Notes under the pieces: generated by a model
Database searches by the model: none
What the model was told of the DNA's origin: nothing
What the model saw: the letters and a program-made list of their open reading frames with translations, nothing else
Source: an uncultured Spirochaetales bacterium
GTDB lineage: Bacteria; Spirochaetota; Spirochaetia; JAFGDJ01
Assembly (NCBI GenBank): GCA_964410865.1
Contig: CAYPIQ010000006.1
Coordinates: 36,865-100,864, forward strand
Length of the DNA: 64,000 bases
Direction: 5' to 3'
Made by a program: the position numbers and the translations under genes
In this document: piece after piece, positions 49,324-59,001 of the stretch
How positions within the stretch are numbered: position 1 is the first letter of the stretch
Layout: every line of letters starts with the position of its first letter

Positions 49324-49337
49324 TTAGTGACTATAAA

Positions 49338-50306
49338 TTACTTTAATTCGTCCTGCCGGGCAAGAATTGTCTGTAACCAGGTTATAAATTTTCCAACGAA
49401 GGACCACTGTATACGTTCTCTTGTTGTATGAACATCGAAAAGATTCGGGCCCATGGATACGGCTTCGATTCCGCCGGCTTTCGCGGAAAGAATACCGCAC
49501 TCCAGGCCTGCATGAACGGTTACAATTTCTACCGGTTCAGTAAAGATGCCCTCTCTGCAGCTCCGGCAGAGTGATACGAGGCGGGACCCAGGGGCGGGGG
49601 GCCAGGGAGGGTAGGTGGTTGTGTTGGAGACGTGCAGACCCGCGCGCCCGATGAGTTCCTTGATGTTCCTTTCGCCCTCGTCGAGTTCTTCCTGTTGATC
49701 CGAACGGAGGCTTATTTCCAGGTGGGTATTGTTCAGACCGTCGACCCTCAGGACACCGGGGTTGGCCGAGGTACTTACCTGGCCGCCCATCTCTTCATTT
49801 CTCCTCAGGACACCGGCCGGCAGATTCAGGATGAGGTCCGGCAGGGTTTTGAGGCCCTGGTCTGTAAGGGCTCCGACCCTGGCGGTATCTGTTTTTGTGA
49901 GTGATATCCGGGGGGTTGAATCGGGATTGGAATAGATATCGTTGAACTCTTTTTCGAAACGCCGGTAGAGTGGTAAGAGGAGCTTTTCCCCCTCCTCCGG
50001 TATAAAGAAGGTGACGGTGCAGTTGGTCGGGATTGCATTTATCTTTCCTTCGCCCTTAATATCGGTAACCGCAGGTTTCAAGTCGGAAAGACCGGAAAGA
50101 AAAGAAGCAAAGCGACGGTACAGATTCTCAGGACTTGTCCCGATATCCATGCCGGAATGGCCGCCTTTGAGCCCGTCGGCGGTTATATAGTCTCCCTCCC
50201 GCAAGGGGATGACGGGGTCTTTAGTAAAATCATGGGAAGAACCGGTATCTTTAACGCACACCATGTCCAGGTGTCCCTGAAGGATAACGGCGGGGGCATC
50301 TTCCAT
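49338..50306 (-). pseudogene. pepD: Aminoacyl-histidine dipeptidase (PepD, M20 family) remnant lacking the N-terminus and with a large internal deletion
   Basis: 'ILQGHLDMV...HDFTKDPV' and the C-terminal 'HAGLECGIL...SMGP...HTTRERI' match PepD, but roughly 130 aa between 'KDPV...' and 'LKGGHSG' are missing and the N-terminal roughly 70 aa are absent. Confidence 0.6.
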
Positions 50307-50575
50307 TCCCGCAGAGGGCGGGGAGGACCTTCATTTTATCCAGTTGCCGTTGGGCAGCCAGATCCCGAAGAAGATCGTCGTGGACCACCGAGTCCTTAGA
50401 TGGAGTAGAGGGTTATATCATCCTAGATGACGAGAAAACCCCCCGGCGTTACCTCGGGTGTCGTTTACATTCACTTCTCCCCGGCCGAACCAGTACTGCA
50501 TATTATATTGTAAACCGCGTCATGTAATTCTGCCATATCAGCGGGGTAGGACTGCGAGGGGCTTTTTTATTCACC

Positions 50576-50900
50576 CTAGTAGAACGAACGGCCTACACCG
50601 GCATGTATATTAACGATGTCTTCCATGAGGTTGTAAATGAAGGCACCGGAACCCATGGCGAGCCAGTTCTTGTAGTATCCACCAATTCTTAATACAGGGT
50701 GAATACCGCTGCTGCCGTAGAAAACGCCGACTTCCAGTGATACGGCCAGGTCGTCCACCTTGTTGCCCTAGACACCTTTTACGGCGGCATCCAGTACGGC
50801 ATCCGTTGCCGTCATGGGATAATGGACCCATTCCTCGGAGGCCGGGTCATGGGCGGTGCGGTGAAGGGCACCGAATGCTCGACGGTAAGAGTATACTTGC
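50576..50900 (-). pseudogene. Gene remnant with an in-frame amber stop (possible beta-barrel OMP C-terminus)
   Basis: The minus-strand frame reads '...EEWVHYPMTATDAVLDAAVKGV*GNKVDDLAVSLEVGVFYGSS...HAGVGRSFY', with TAG at about 50766-50768; no intact gene model is possible. Confidence 0.3.
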
Positions 50901-51172
50901 CGGTGGGGAGGGTCGTCGGTTCTACTGAGTTACATATAATTCGCCGGTTTCTTCCGCAGCCTCCCCAGCCACGTATTTCATACCGGCAAGGCTGTAAGCG
51001 GCACGGTATGCCGCATCCTGCGTATCATCGACGAACTCGATGACGACGGTTTCCGCGGCTTTGGTTGTACCTGTTAATACGTCGATCATCCTGATAAACA
51101 GATTCATTTTCTCCCCCAGGCCGGAGAGTTCGCCGACCAGGGTGGTACCGGCGGCCGGGAGTTTTTTTATTT

Positions 51173-51345
51173 AGTTGCTCATGCCGCCGCGCGGCAACCG
51201 AAAGGATGAAAACAGGCGGGTATAGCAATTCCGGTGTGGCTATTTTCGTAATAGTTGCTCATGCCGCTGCGCGGCAACCGAAAGGATGAAAACAGCCGGG
51301 TGCGGCTATTCCGGTGCGGCTATTTTTGTATTAGTTGGCACAGCT
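51173..51345. repeat. Tandem direct repeat, roughly 78 bp x 2.2, each unit carrying a GC hairpin (gttgc...gccgccgcgcggc...aac)
   Basis: 'agttgctcatgccgccgcgcggcaaccgaaaggatgaaaacaggcgggtatagcaattccggtgtggctattttcgta' is followed by a near-identical second unit and a partial third. Confidence 0.8.
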
Positions 51346-51477
51346 TTCGTCCGTACAGCCGGACAGTGAAAAAGCCTGGGCGGAAGGAATTTCTTCGACG
51401 TACGCTGTAAAAGAAACATGCCCTCGAAGTGCGTCTTCGAGGACATGTTGAATCAGGTTTCCCGTAGCCACTTTCAT

Positions 51478-51912
51478 CTAGTCCACGGTTGATGTAACGT
51501 TAACCCCTTTCAGGGTATCCGATACGGGGCACCGCTCTTCGATCATTTTTACCAATTTTTGGATATTTTCCTTCGGGGACGGTGAATCGATATGCATGTT
51601 GTAACGAATTTCCTGATATCCCTTTCTTACTGAAGGGTCCTTTCCCAGAAATCCGTCCGTGTCAAGATCACCCTCTATATCTACCGAGTATCCTTTGAGC
51701 TCTACTCCGCATTGGCCTGCGAACGCGGCTGCACAGATACCCATACATCCTCCCAGGGATGAAAGGAGCATCTCCACCGGACTCATAGCCTTGTTCGAGC
51801 CCCCGAGGTTTTTCGGTTCATCCATGGCCACCTCGAAACTCCGTGCGTTGCTTTCTACATACACTCCGTTCCCCGACCATGTTGTTGTTGCTTTAAAGGT
51901 TTGTATCGCCAT
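51478..51912 (-). CDS. OsmC/Ohr-family peroxiredoxin-like protein
   Basis: A 144-aa protein with OsmC blocks 'MSPVEMLLSSLGGCMGI' and 'ERCPVSDTLKG' carrying the two conserved Cys. Confidence 0.85.
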   Translation of the reverse strand: MAIQTFKATTTWSGNGVYVESNARSFEVAMDEPKNLGGSNKAMSPVEMLLSSLGGCMGICAAAFAGQCGVELKGYSVDIEGDLDTDGFLGKDPSVRKGYQEIRYNMHIDSPSPKENIQKLVKMIEERCPVSDTLKGVNVTSTVD

Positions 51913-52232
51913 ATTTCCTCCTATAGCCTAGTATATTACTAAGGTAATATTCGGCCTGAGAAAAGGCAATGCATTTCTTGACTAACTTACTGCCCCCGAT
52001 CTGAGGATTTATCGGCTCGGCTGACCGACAGTAAAGCCGGTCCGGAAGACCGACAGGTTGCGCTGCCTGCAGCAGGAAGTGAAAGCGGTGAGGGGAAGAA
52101 CGCCGCGGCCGGGATACGGCCTTCCAAAGGATCGGCCGATCTTGATTCCTACGGCCTGGGCAAGGCCATCGGCAGGAAAATCCGGATAACCGGGGCAGAT
52201 AAACTCCCCGAGAGTATGGTATAGTACCGGGC

Positions 52233-52763
52233 ATGCTGTTCAACCTCTATGTAACCTTTTTTAAAATATCCGCCCTGACCCTCGGCGGTGGAGCCGTGAT
52301 GCTCCCCTTCATGGACGAGGAATTCGTGGAAAAGAAGAAATGGCTCACCGAGGGCGAAATGGTTGATATCTATGCCCTGACCAACAGCCTACCCGGTACG
52401 ATAGCCTTTAACGCTTCTCTTCTCATAGGGCGAAAGATAAAAGGATTCGCCGGCGCCCTCTGTTCGGTCCTGGGAGTTATGACTCCGCCGATCCTCATTA
52501 TTATCCTGATTGCGGAAGGCCTTTCCAGGATGAGCTCTCATCCCCTGGTGGAAGCGGCCTTCACCGGTGTCCGAGCCGGAGTAACCGCTCTCCTTTTGCT
52601 GGTCATGATCAAAATAGGATTAAAAACCTTCCAGGGTTTAAGGGAGGTCCTCCTGGCGCTTTTTGCTTTTTTACTGGTGGAGGTTCTCGAGTTAAACGCG
52701 GTCATGGTCATTCTTATATGTGCGGGTATAGGCTTTTTTCTGTTTTGGGGAAACGGCGAATGA
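52233..52763 (+). CDS. chrA: Chromate-transporter (CHR) family protein, short form, subunit 1
   Basis: 'FFKISALTLGGGAVMLPFMDEEFVEKKKWLTEGEMVDIYALTNSLPG' is a CHR signature; the stop overlaps the next start (ATGA). Confidence 0.8.
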   Translation: MLFNLYVTFFKISALTLGGGAVMLPFMDEEFVEKKKWLTEGEMVDIYALTNSLPGTIAFNASLLIGRKIKGFAGALCSVLGVMTPPILIIILIAEGLSRMSSHPLVEAAFTGVRAGVTALLLLVMIKIGLKTFQGLREVLLALFAFLLVEVLELNAVMVILICAGIGFFLFWGNGE

Positions 52764-53359
52764 TTCAGTTGCTCAGACTTTTCTGGGTTTTTTGCAAGAT
52801 CGGAGCGGTTACATTCGGCGGCGGTTACGGAATGATAACCCCCATCGGTCAGGAGGTGGTCTCCCGCGGGTGGTGTTCACAGGAGATGTTCGTGAATATC
52901 GTGGCTATATCACAGATGACTCCCGGACCTGTGGGCCTGAATGCTGCAACCTACGTGGGGAAGCTCACGGCCGGTGTTCCCGGTGCTTTGGTTGCTTCTC
53001 TGGGTCTGGTTTTTCCGGCCCTCTGTATTACTACAGTTCTCGGATTTTTCCTTGGCTCACCGAGTAAATTGAAGGTTTTGAAAGGAGCCGTTCGTGGAAT
53101 CCGGGCAGCAGCCCTAGGCCTTATCATGACCGCGGTGATATTCTTTGCCGAGAATTCTATCTTCAGTTCGGAGCTTCCTCTGAACAGGAGGGTGGTGGAA
53201 GCCGCCGGTTCGTTTCGGGAAGCTCTTCCAGATTTGAATTTTTTTGCCCTTGGTATCTTTGCCTTTATTCTCTTTCTGCGAAAAAAATATCGCCTATCCT
53301 CGGTCTACTGTATCCTGATCTCCCTTGCAGCCGGGCTGGTTCTCTTCGGTTTTCTTTAA
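52760..53359 (+). CDS. chrA: Chromate-transporter (CHR) family protein, short form, subunit 2
   Basis: 'FCKIGAVTFGGGYGMITPIGQEVVSRGWCSQEMFVNIVAISQMTPGP'; the start is the internal ATG at 52760. Confidence 0.8.
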   Translation: MIQLLRLFWVFCKIGAVTFGGGYGMITPIGQEVVSRGWCSQEMFVNIVAISQMTPGPVGLNAATYVGKLTAGVPGALVASLGLVFPALCITTVLGFFLGSPSKLKVLKGAVRGIRAAALGLIMTAVIFFAENSIFSSELPLNRRVVEAAGSFREALPDLNFFALGIFAFILFLRKKYRLSSVYCILISLAAGLVLFGFL

Positions 53360-53667
53360 AAACCCCTGGAATTATATAGAGCGCTGTAATAGCCGACCTC
53401 GGTTTCGAACCCTTCGGGCAATGAGACGATGAAGTCGTAGATGTTCGCCACCCGGGCAGCCTCGATCAGCTCTTCTTCGCGTCTTCAGGGTTACCGTATT
53501 TTTCACGGAACTGTTGATCTCGGCGATTGTTTTCCTCACCCTTCTAAAGCCCTTTCGCATTCGGCCTCCGATGGCCAGTGCCCGGAGAATCATCGTGAGG
53601 TCCTTGTTCGGGATGTATCCCCTTAGGAGATTCCAAGTTATATACGAAAGAGAAAAAGCTTTAAAAA

Positions 53668-54444
53668 TCAGAACCCCCGCTCTTTCCTGATCGCCTCGTA
53701 GGCGGACTGGATTTCCCGGAATTTATCTGCAGCAAACTGCATGAATTCCTCCGGCACCCCCTTGGAGGCTATCTTGTCCGGGTGGTACTCCGATACCAGC
53801 CGGCGGTAGGCCTTTTTTATTTCGTCGTTGGAGGCGGTGGGCGGCACTTCCAGGACGGCGTAGTTCCGGTCGGATACCACGCCGTAGCGGCGCTTGATGG
53901 TCTCATACTTGGTGTCGCTGAAATGGAAAATCCGCACCGCTTCCAGAATCATGTCTTCTTCAGCCCGGGACATTCCGCCCTCGGTGGCCGCAACCCGAAC
54001 GAGAATGTCTATCATGAGATCCAGCACTTGCGGGTTCGACCGAAACTGGTTGTAGAACTGGGTCGCGAAGCTGCTAAATTTTTCCGTTGACGCTTGAGCT
54101 GAGTTGAAAACCTGGACGGCGCTGTTGCGGCTTATCGGGTCCAAGCGAAGGTCGTTGTCCATGAAGTCTTCCACCGAACGGACTTCCGCCTGCGAGATGG
54201 TTCCGTCGGCCTGGGCTAGTTTTGCCAGCATGGAAAAGCAGCCGACGAAGAAGGTCATGTTAGCCCTCTGAGTATAATTGAGTCTCTGATTGTAAGCGCG
54301 GGTATAAAAACTCTGCTGGGCCGTTCCCGCGGTTTCCCGCATTTTATCGGACAGGTGGCCAAAGGCCATACCGGCTACAGCCCCCAGAGGGCCTCCGAGA
54401 ATGAGCCCGATAGTACCGCCGACTATTTTCCCGAACCAGGGCAT
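53668..54444 (-). CDS. djlA: DjlA-type co-chaperone (N-terminal transmembrane helix, TerB-like domain, C-terminal J-domain)
   Basis: 'MPWFGKIVGGTIGLILGGPLGAVAGMAFG' is followed by the J-domain 'YAVLEVPPTASNDEIKKAYRRLVSEYHPDK'. Confidence 0.85.
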   Translation of the reverse strand: MPWFGKIVGGTIGLILGGPLGAVAGMAFGHLSDKMRETAGTAQQSFYTRAYNQRLNYTQRANMTFFVGCFSMLAKLAQADGTISQAEVRSVEDFMDNDLRLDPISRNSAVQVFNSAQASTEKFSSFATQFYNQFRSNPQVLDLMIDILVRVAATEGGMSRAEEDMILEAVRIFHFSDTKYETIKRRYGVVSDRNYAVLEVPPTASNDEIKKAYRRLVSEYHPDKIASKGVPEEFMQFAADKFREIQSAYEAIRKERGF

Positions 54445-54779
54445 GGAATCTCCTTGAATACCGATGTTTACTTAAAGATAGGGTTTTTAAACCTTTCGGG
54501 CAAGGGGTTTCCCCGGGATTGCATCGATGCCCGCAAGTCTCGTCGCCGTATTTCGAATTTTGTAGCCTTCAAGATAGGTCTTTTTCTTCTTTACATTCCT
54601 GAAATTAGAAACTGTTCAGGAATAAGAGCCCAAACAGTCGTAAAAACTAATTCAGGCTGTTCCGCAACCCAACCCGAAAAAAGTAATTTCCCCGGCACAT
54701 AGTACGTGGATAGCCCATGGCTTCTTTTCCCGGTAGAAAGGAACCGGTATCTGAGCGCTTGCAGGATCTATCCTGCACC

Positions 54780-55640
54780 GGCATCATCCCGCCGCCATTA
54801 CCAATAGTTCGCTACTTTTGGACTTTACTATCTTCCCCAGGTTTGTAGCTATCCGGCGCAATTACCGCTACCCTGACAACCCTTATCATGGGTACACTCA
54901 GCGACAGGATCCGGTCCAGGTGGGGACGGGGAAAGTCGTATATTCTCATCAGCTATCTTCTCCGGGGTCTGTCGACAATCCTCTTCCCCATGGTTGCCTA
55001 TAAAAGACGGTAAGTCCTAGGAATACTCATGGTTGTCATAGCCGATTCTGTAATGATTTTTTTCCGTACCACCGCGAATGACGCGGCCTTCAATGCCTGT
55101 ACGGTGGATATCGCAACCAGTGAAACCCGCGGCAGGGTAGAGGGGGTGCTCAACCTGAGCCTTTTTCCCGGTCTGGACGATTTCCATGGCAGCGGTGGGG
55201 AATTCTGATAGATTCATTCGGCTACTTTATATTTTTCTACAGCCCGGGAGGCATGGTTATGCTGGTTGGTCTTGTTGCCGGCAGTTTTCCAAAGGACGTC
55301 CCGGTTCCCGAGAGCAATATACCCCGGGGCTCTTTCCCGGCCGAATTCGCAGAACTCCTTGATCCGGAGATCCTCAAACAAAACCGAAGACTTTTTATAC
55401 TCCTGCTTTTTATCATGATAAGCGGTATCAGTATGTAGGTTTCACGCCCTACCTCATTGTCTGCCTGGAGTATTATGTGGGGGTAACCAAGACCCAGTTC
55501 AGTATCATCGGCGGAGCGGTGATGGTAGGCAGTACCGCACCGGCAATTCCCTTCGGTATTCCGGCCGACCGGTGGAACAAGTTCTGGTTTTTCACGGATT
55601 CGGATGCATACAAGTAGCTGGAAGCGGCAATCCGGACGCT
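54780..55640 (+). pseudogene. GPH/MFS-family sugar:cation symporter, heavily degraded (multiple frameshifts and stops)
   Basis: The frame with 'TLIMGTLSDRIRSRWGRGKSYILISYLLRGLSTILFP' carries the GPH/MFS 'G-x-LSDR-x-x-SRWGR' motif, but the reading frame breaks repeatedly across 54780-55640. Confidence 0.55.
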
Positions 55641-56237
55641 GGATCGATATAGCGGCCCGGAACTATCCGTGCTCATGAAGGAATTCGTCGATTTCCTGGG
55701 CAGGTCCCGGGAGATCGACGGCTATCTTATCTCTATACTTATAATCGAGCACGAACTCTACCGCCACGGGCACCTGATAGAGGCCGGGATATCCGACTTC
55801 GAGCTCAACGGCGAGGTGGTGGATGTCTCGGAGGCTCCCTTGTTTCCTGCTACGGGGCGGGCGTGGATCCGAGGAAGAGCCGATGGCCGCACCTGCAACG
55901 GACCTGGTCGGCGGGTGACCGGATCGAAGTCTGCTTCGACATGGGCGTCAGGCTCCGGCATGCTCATCCGCGGGTCGCCGACTGTCGCGGAAAGGCGGCC
56001 GGAGTGGATCAATCTGAACGGTCGGTGGCATTACTCCATTCTGTCCGGGGACAGAGAAACACCCGATGAATGGGATGGTGATACCATGGTACCCTATCCG
56101 GTTGAATAGGTTCTCTCCGTGATATAACGACCGCTGCTACCGGGCCAGGTACTCTGGTACCGCTTAACGAGAACTGGGGACAGTTCAATGCCTGGGATAC
56201 GGCCGATTGGATAAAGAAGTACGAGTACCAGCGAGCC

Positions 56238-57092
56238 CTAGGGCTTTAGTTCGATCTCTTCGTCTATTAATGAACAGGTGTCTTCATCACAGGCTATGAG
56301 AGAAAGGGAGCAGGTTACAACGGGGGCTTGTGCAGCCTCCCCGGAAAGGAGGAATTCCATTGTCATGGTCTGCCCCTCCTGGATGCCATGAAAGGAATAC
56401 TCCTCCGGTTCAACGGTCAGACTGCTGCCGGCGTTGATTGTAACGGTCAGGGGGGGGTATCCGGGTCCGTTCAGATGAAAACCCTCCTTCGGCGCCAGCC
56501 CTAGGGTAATAACCGATCCGCCGTAGACATGGTCGGCAAAGGTATACACCAGGGTATATCGTGGTTGTTCGATAACCGAATCGATCTGTTCCATGGTATC
56601 GTCGGCGGAAGCCAAATGATATTCTAACCGTTCAGCGAAAAAATCGTAGTCTCGTTTACCTTCTATTTTCTCTACCACCACTCCGTCCTTAATAATAAAG
56701 GTGGTCGGATATCCGATGATCTTTTCATTGTTGAAAAAGGCTTCCGCGCCGTACAGGATGGGGTAAGTGACTCCCAGGGATGCGGCGATTTTTTCCACCA
56801 GATCCTTCTTATCCTCCGGATCCGTATTTACACCAAGGATCAGTACATCCCTGTCCCGGTAGGTGTCGTACAGCCTCGACAGGTCAATCATTTCTTTTTT
56901 ACAGGGCGCGCAAAAACTCGCCCAGTAGTTGAGTACAACAAGATCGTACGAACCGGTGCTGTAGTAGTCTGAAACGTGCTTACCTGTGTAGTTCTCCATG
57001 GTGACAGGTGTTGTCTCCGGGTTGTTTTCAGATCGGCCTGAACAACCGAACAACAGTATACCGGCGGCAATAAGAAGAGTGAGTCTTTTCAT
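56238..57092 (-). CDS. Lipoprotein fusing a TlpA/ResA-like thioredoxin domain to a DsbD-N-terminal (nDsbD)-like domain
   Basis: The lipobox 'LLFGCSG' is followed by the thioredoxin 'WASFCAPCKKE' (CxxC) and a C-terminal region with the Cys pair 'TCSLSLIACDEDTC'. The start CAT at 57090-57092 has RBS AGGAAG and overlaps the upstream gene stop (ATGA). Confidence 0.65.
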   Translation of the reverse strand: MKRLTLLIAAGILLFGCSGRSENNPETTPVTMENYTGKHVSDYYSTGSYDLVVLNYWASFCAPCKKEMIDLSRLYDTYRDRDVLILGVNTDPEDKKDLVEKIAASLGVTYPILYGAEAFFNNEKIIGYPTTFIIKDGVVVEKIEGKRDYDFFAERLEYHLASADDTMEQIDSVIEQPRYTLVYTFADHVYGGSVITLGLAPKEGFHLNGPGYPPLTVTINAGSSLTVEPEEYSFHGIQEGQTMTMEFLLSGEAAQAPVVTCSLSLIACDEDTCSLIDEEIELKP

Positions 57093-58033
57093 GGTGATTT
57101 CTTCCTGGTCTTTATTGTTTTTATCTGTACTGTTTCCCTTCCGGAAAAGGTGATGCAGTGTACCGGGCAGACCCGGACACAATCGAGGCACCGGATGCAC
57201 TCTCTGCTGTTCGGTGTGCTCCGGACCGGAATATTCATGGGGCAGACTTCTTCGCATTTTCCGCACTGGATGCACTTTCCCGTATCCACCGAGATCTGCA
57301 GAAAACTGAGCTTATTGAACAGGCCCCAGTAAGCCCCCAGGGGACACATGATTTTGCAGAAGGACCTGCGTGAAAACAGGAAACTGATGAGAAATACTAC
57401 TAAAATAGATATTTTTAATACGGTAAGCCCCGACGCGGCCTGCCTCAGACCCTCATCCACCGCCAGCAGGGGAATACCGGCGGTGAGTGTACCCGCAGGG
57501 CATATCCATTTACAGAACCAGGGTCCAATATATCGTATATCGGTAATAAACAAAGGCAGAACTATGACGAACAGTACGAGGACCGGGTATTTTACATATG
57601 TGAGGATGCGGGGGAGGGGAATGTTTTTCGAGGTAATTCTGTTGATGAGATCCTGGATAAAACCGAAAGGGCAGACCCATCCGCAGAAAAATCTGCCCGT
57701 GGTAATACCTATCAGGGTGAGAAACCCGATGATATAAAAACCGGCATAGTTTAATCGTTCTTTCAGGCGAATCCGTTCGTTTACGTCGTTCAGCCAGAAT
57801 TGTAGTGAACCCAGGGGACATGAAAGCACAGACATGGGACATGAATAGCAGTGAAGCCCCGGAAGACAGAACTGTTTCGATGAAAACTGGCTTATAAGGG
57901 CTTTGTTCCGACGTATGGATTCCAGGAAAGTTGCAATATCCAGGTTGATGAGGGCGAAAGAAGCCGCCTGAATGAGTAATCTGAAGCGAATCAGCTTGTT
58001 TCTGAATGGAGTTTTCATCCTAGGCCTATACAT
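57089..58033 (-). CDS. NapH/MauN-like integral-membrane ferredoxin (two CX3CP motifs plus two [4Fe-4S] motifs)
   Basis: 'FFCGWVCPFG' and 'FCKWICPAG' are CX3CP motifs, and 'CIQCGKCEEVCP' and 'CIRCLDCVRVCP' are 4Fe-4S motifs; four transmembrane helices are visible. Confidence 0.7.
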   Translation of the reverse strand: MYRPRMKTPFRNKLIRFRLLIQAASFALINLDIATFLESIRRNKALISQFSSKQFCLPGLHCYSCPMSVLSCPLGSLQFWLNDVNERIRLKERLNYAGFYIIGFLTLIGITTGRFFCGWVCPFGFIQDLINRITSKNIPLPRILTYVKYPVLVLFVIVLPLFITDIRYIGPWFCKWICPAGTLTAGIPLLAVDEGLRQAASGLTVLKISILVVFLISFLFSRRSFCKIMCPLGAYWGLFNKLSFLQISVDTGKCIQCGKCEEVCPMNIPVRSTPNSRECIRCLDCVRVCPVHCITFSGRETVQIKTIKTRKKSP

Positions 58034-58211
58034 TCGTAACAGAGGTTAATGGCTTTCCGCAGGATTCCTTCTACCAGGTCTCCCTGCCAAAGACCGAAAA
58101 CCAGCAGTAGAATCGAGACAATGAAAATACCGTACCGTAATATATTCTTCATCCCGGTTAAATTACCATATAACTTTTTCTTTATACAAGAGAAAAACAG
58201 TTCTGTTTGCC

Positions 58212-58736
58212 CTACATAACTTCCAGGGTGCCCGTCTTCTTTGCTCTTACCTCGAACCGTCGGAAGAGAGAATAGCCCATGAGAAGGTAGAGGGTCCCGA
58301 CCAGGAGTTCTTTGAGCGGTAGAATGCCGACCTGTCCGGATGCGGCGCCTTCGGATATTATAAGCCGGGCTGCGGCGATGCCGTGGGAGAGGGGAAGAAA
58401 GGAGGATGCATCCCTGATCCATCCGGGTAGATCGCTCAGGGGCACATTAGCCCCGGAGAAGAGCAGGAGGAGAAAATATACAGTATTGTTTACGAACATC
58501 ACGTTGCGGGTTATCAGGCCGATGCAACCCATCAACAGCCCCAGCCCGGAGGTGCTGAAAACCGAAACCAGAACAGCCAGGGACAGCATTCCCAGCCGGT
58601 CCGAGGGTATATGCAGGCCGAAAAGGATAATGCCCCAGGTAAAGGCAATGGCCACCCCCATCATCTTGAACGCGAGATCCGTGGAAGGTCGAAACCGGCG
58701 GAACAGCGCGCGGTTATCAAAAAAATCGAGAAAATC
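58212..58736 (-). pseudogene. C-terminal portion of an ABC-2-type permease whose 5' end is replaced by repeat element copy C
   Basis: Four transmembrane helices ('MMGVAIAFTWGIILFGL...', 'LSLAVLVSVFSTSGLGLLMG') match the C-terminal half of ABC-2 permeases; the ORF-track N-terminus 'MQNQHTPPLGAGYV' is a translation of the repeat. Confidence 0.5.
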
Positions 58737-58893
58737 AACATACCCTGCCCCAAGGGGCGGGGTATGTTGGTTCTGCAAGGTATGGATTTTATGCGGGATT
58801 CATACCCCGTACCGTAACGGTTGTCGAGGCAGTTAGCCGGCTCGGCTCCGAAGAGCGCGGCAAGCCGCGGGGTATGAATCCCGCGTGCGAATC
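58737..58893 (-). repeat. Copy C of the roughly 165-nt structured repeat element (reverse orientation)
   Basis: It is the reverse complement of copies A and B: 'aacataccctgccccaaggggcggggtatgttgg...ccggctcggctcc...ccgcggggtatgaatcccgcgtgcgaatc'. Confidence 0.85.
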
Positions 58894-59001
58894 ATCCACC
58901 GGGTCGGGAGAGAGTGGTTTAATTGTAACGGTCATATTAACCTTCCGCCCTATAGAATTATTCCCCCCGGGTCCGTTGGATGGACCCGGGAGGTAGGCCC
59001 T

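Noticed and set aside
51173-51345. CRISPR array (also considered for 60073-60155)
   Set aside because: Only two to three directly abutting units with no unique spacers between them, and no cas genes in the window.
53360-53667. Possible tRNA-like T-arm 'GGTTTCGAACCC' and small ORFs between chrA and djlA
   Set aside because: No acceptor, D or anticodon arm could be built around the T-arm-like string. The small ORFs have no motifs and the region is left unannotated.
58930-58970. Hairpin 'cccgggtccgttggatggacccggg' as an intrinsic terminator of the dehydrogenase gene
   Set aside because: A good 9-bp stem but no U-tract on the relevant (minus) strand, so it is too uncertain to list as a feature.
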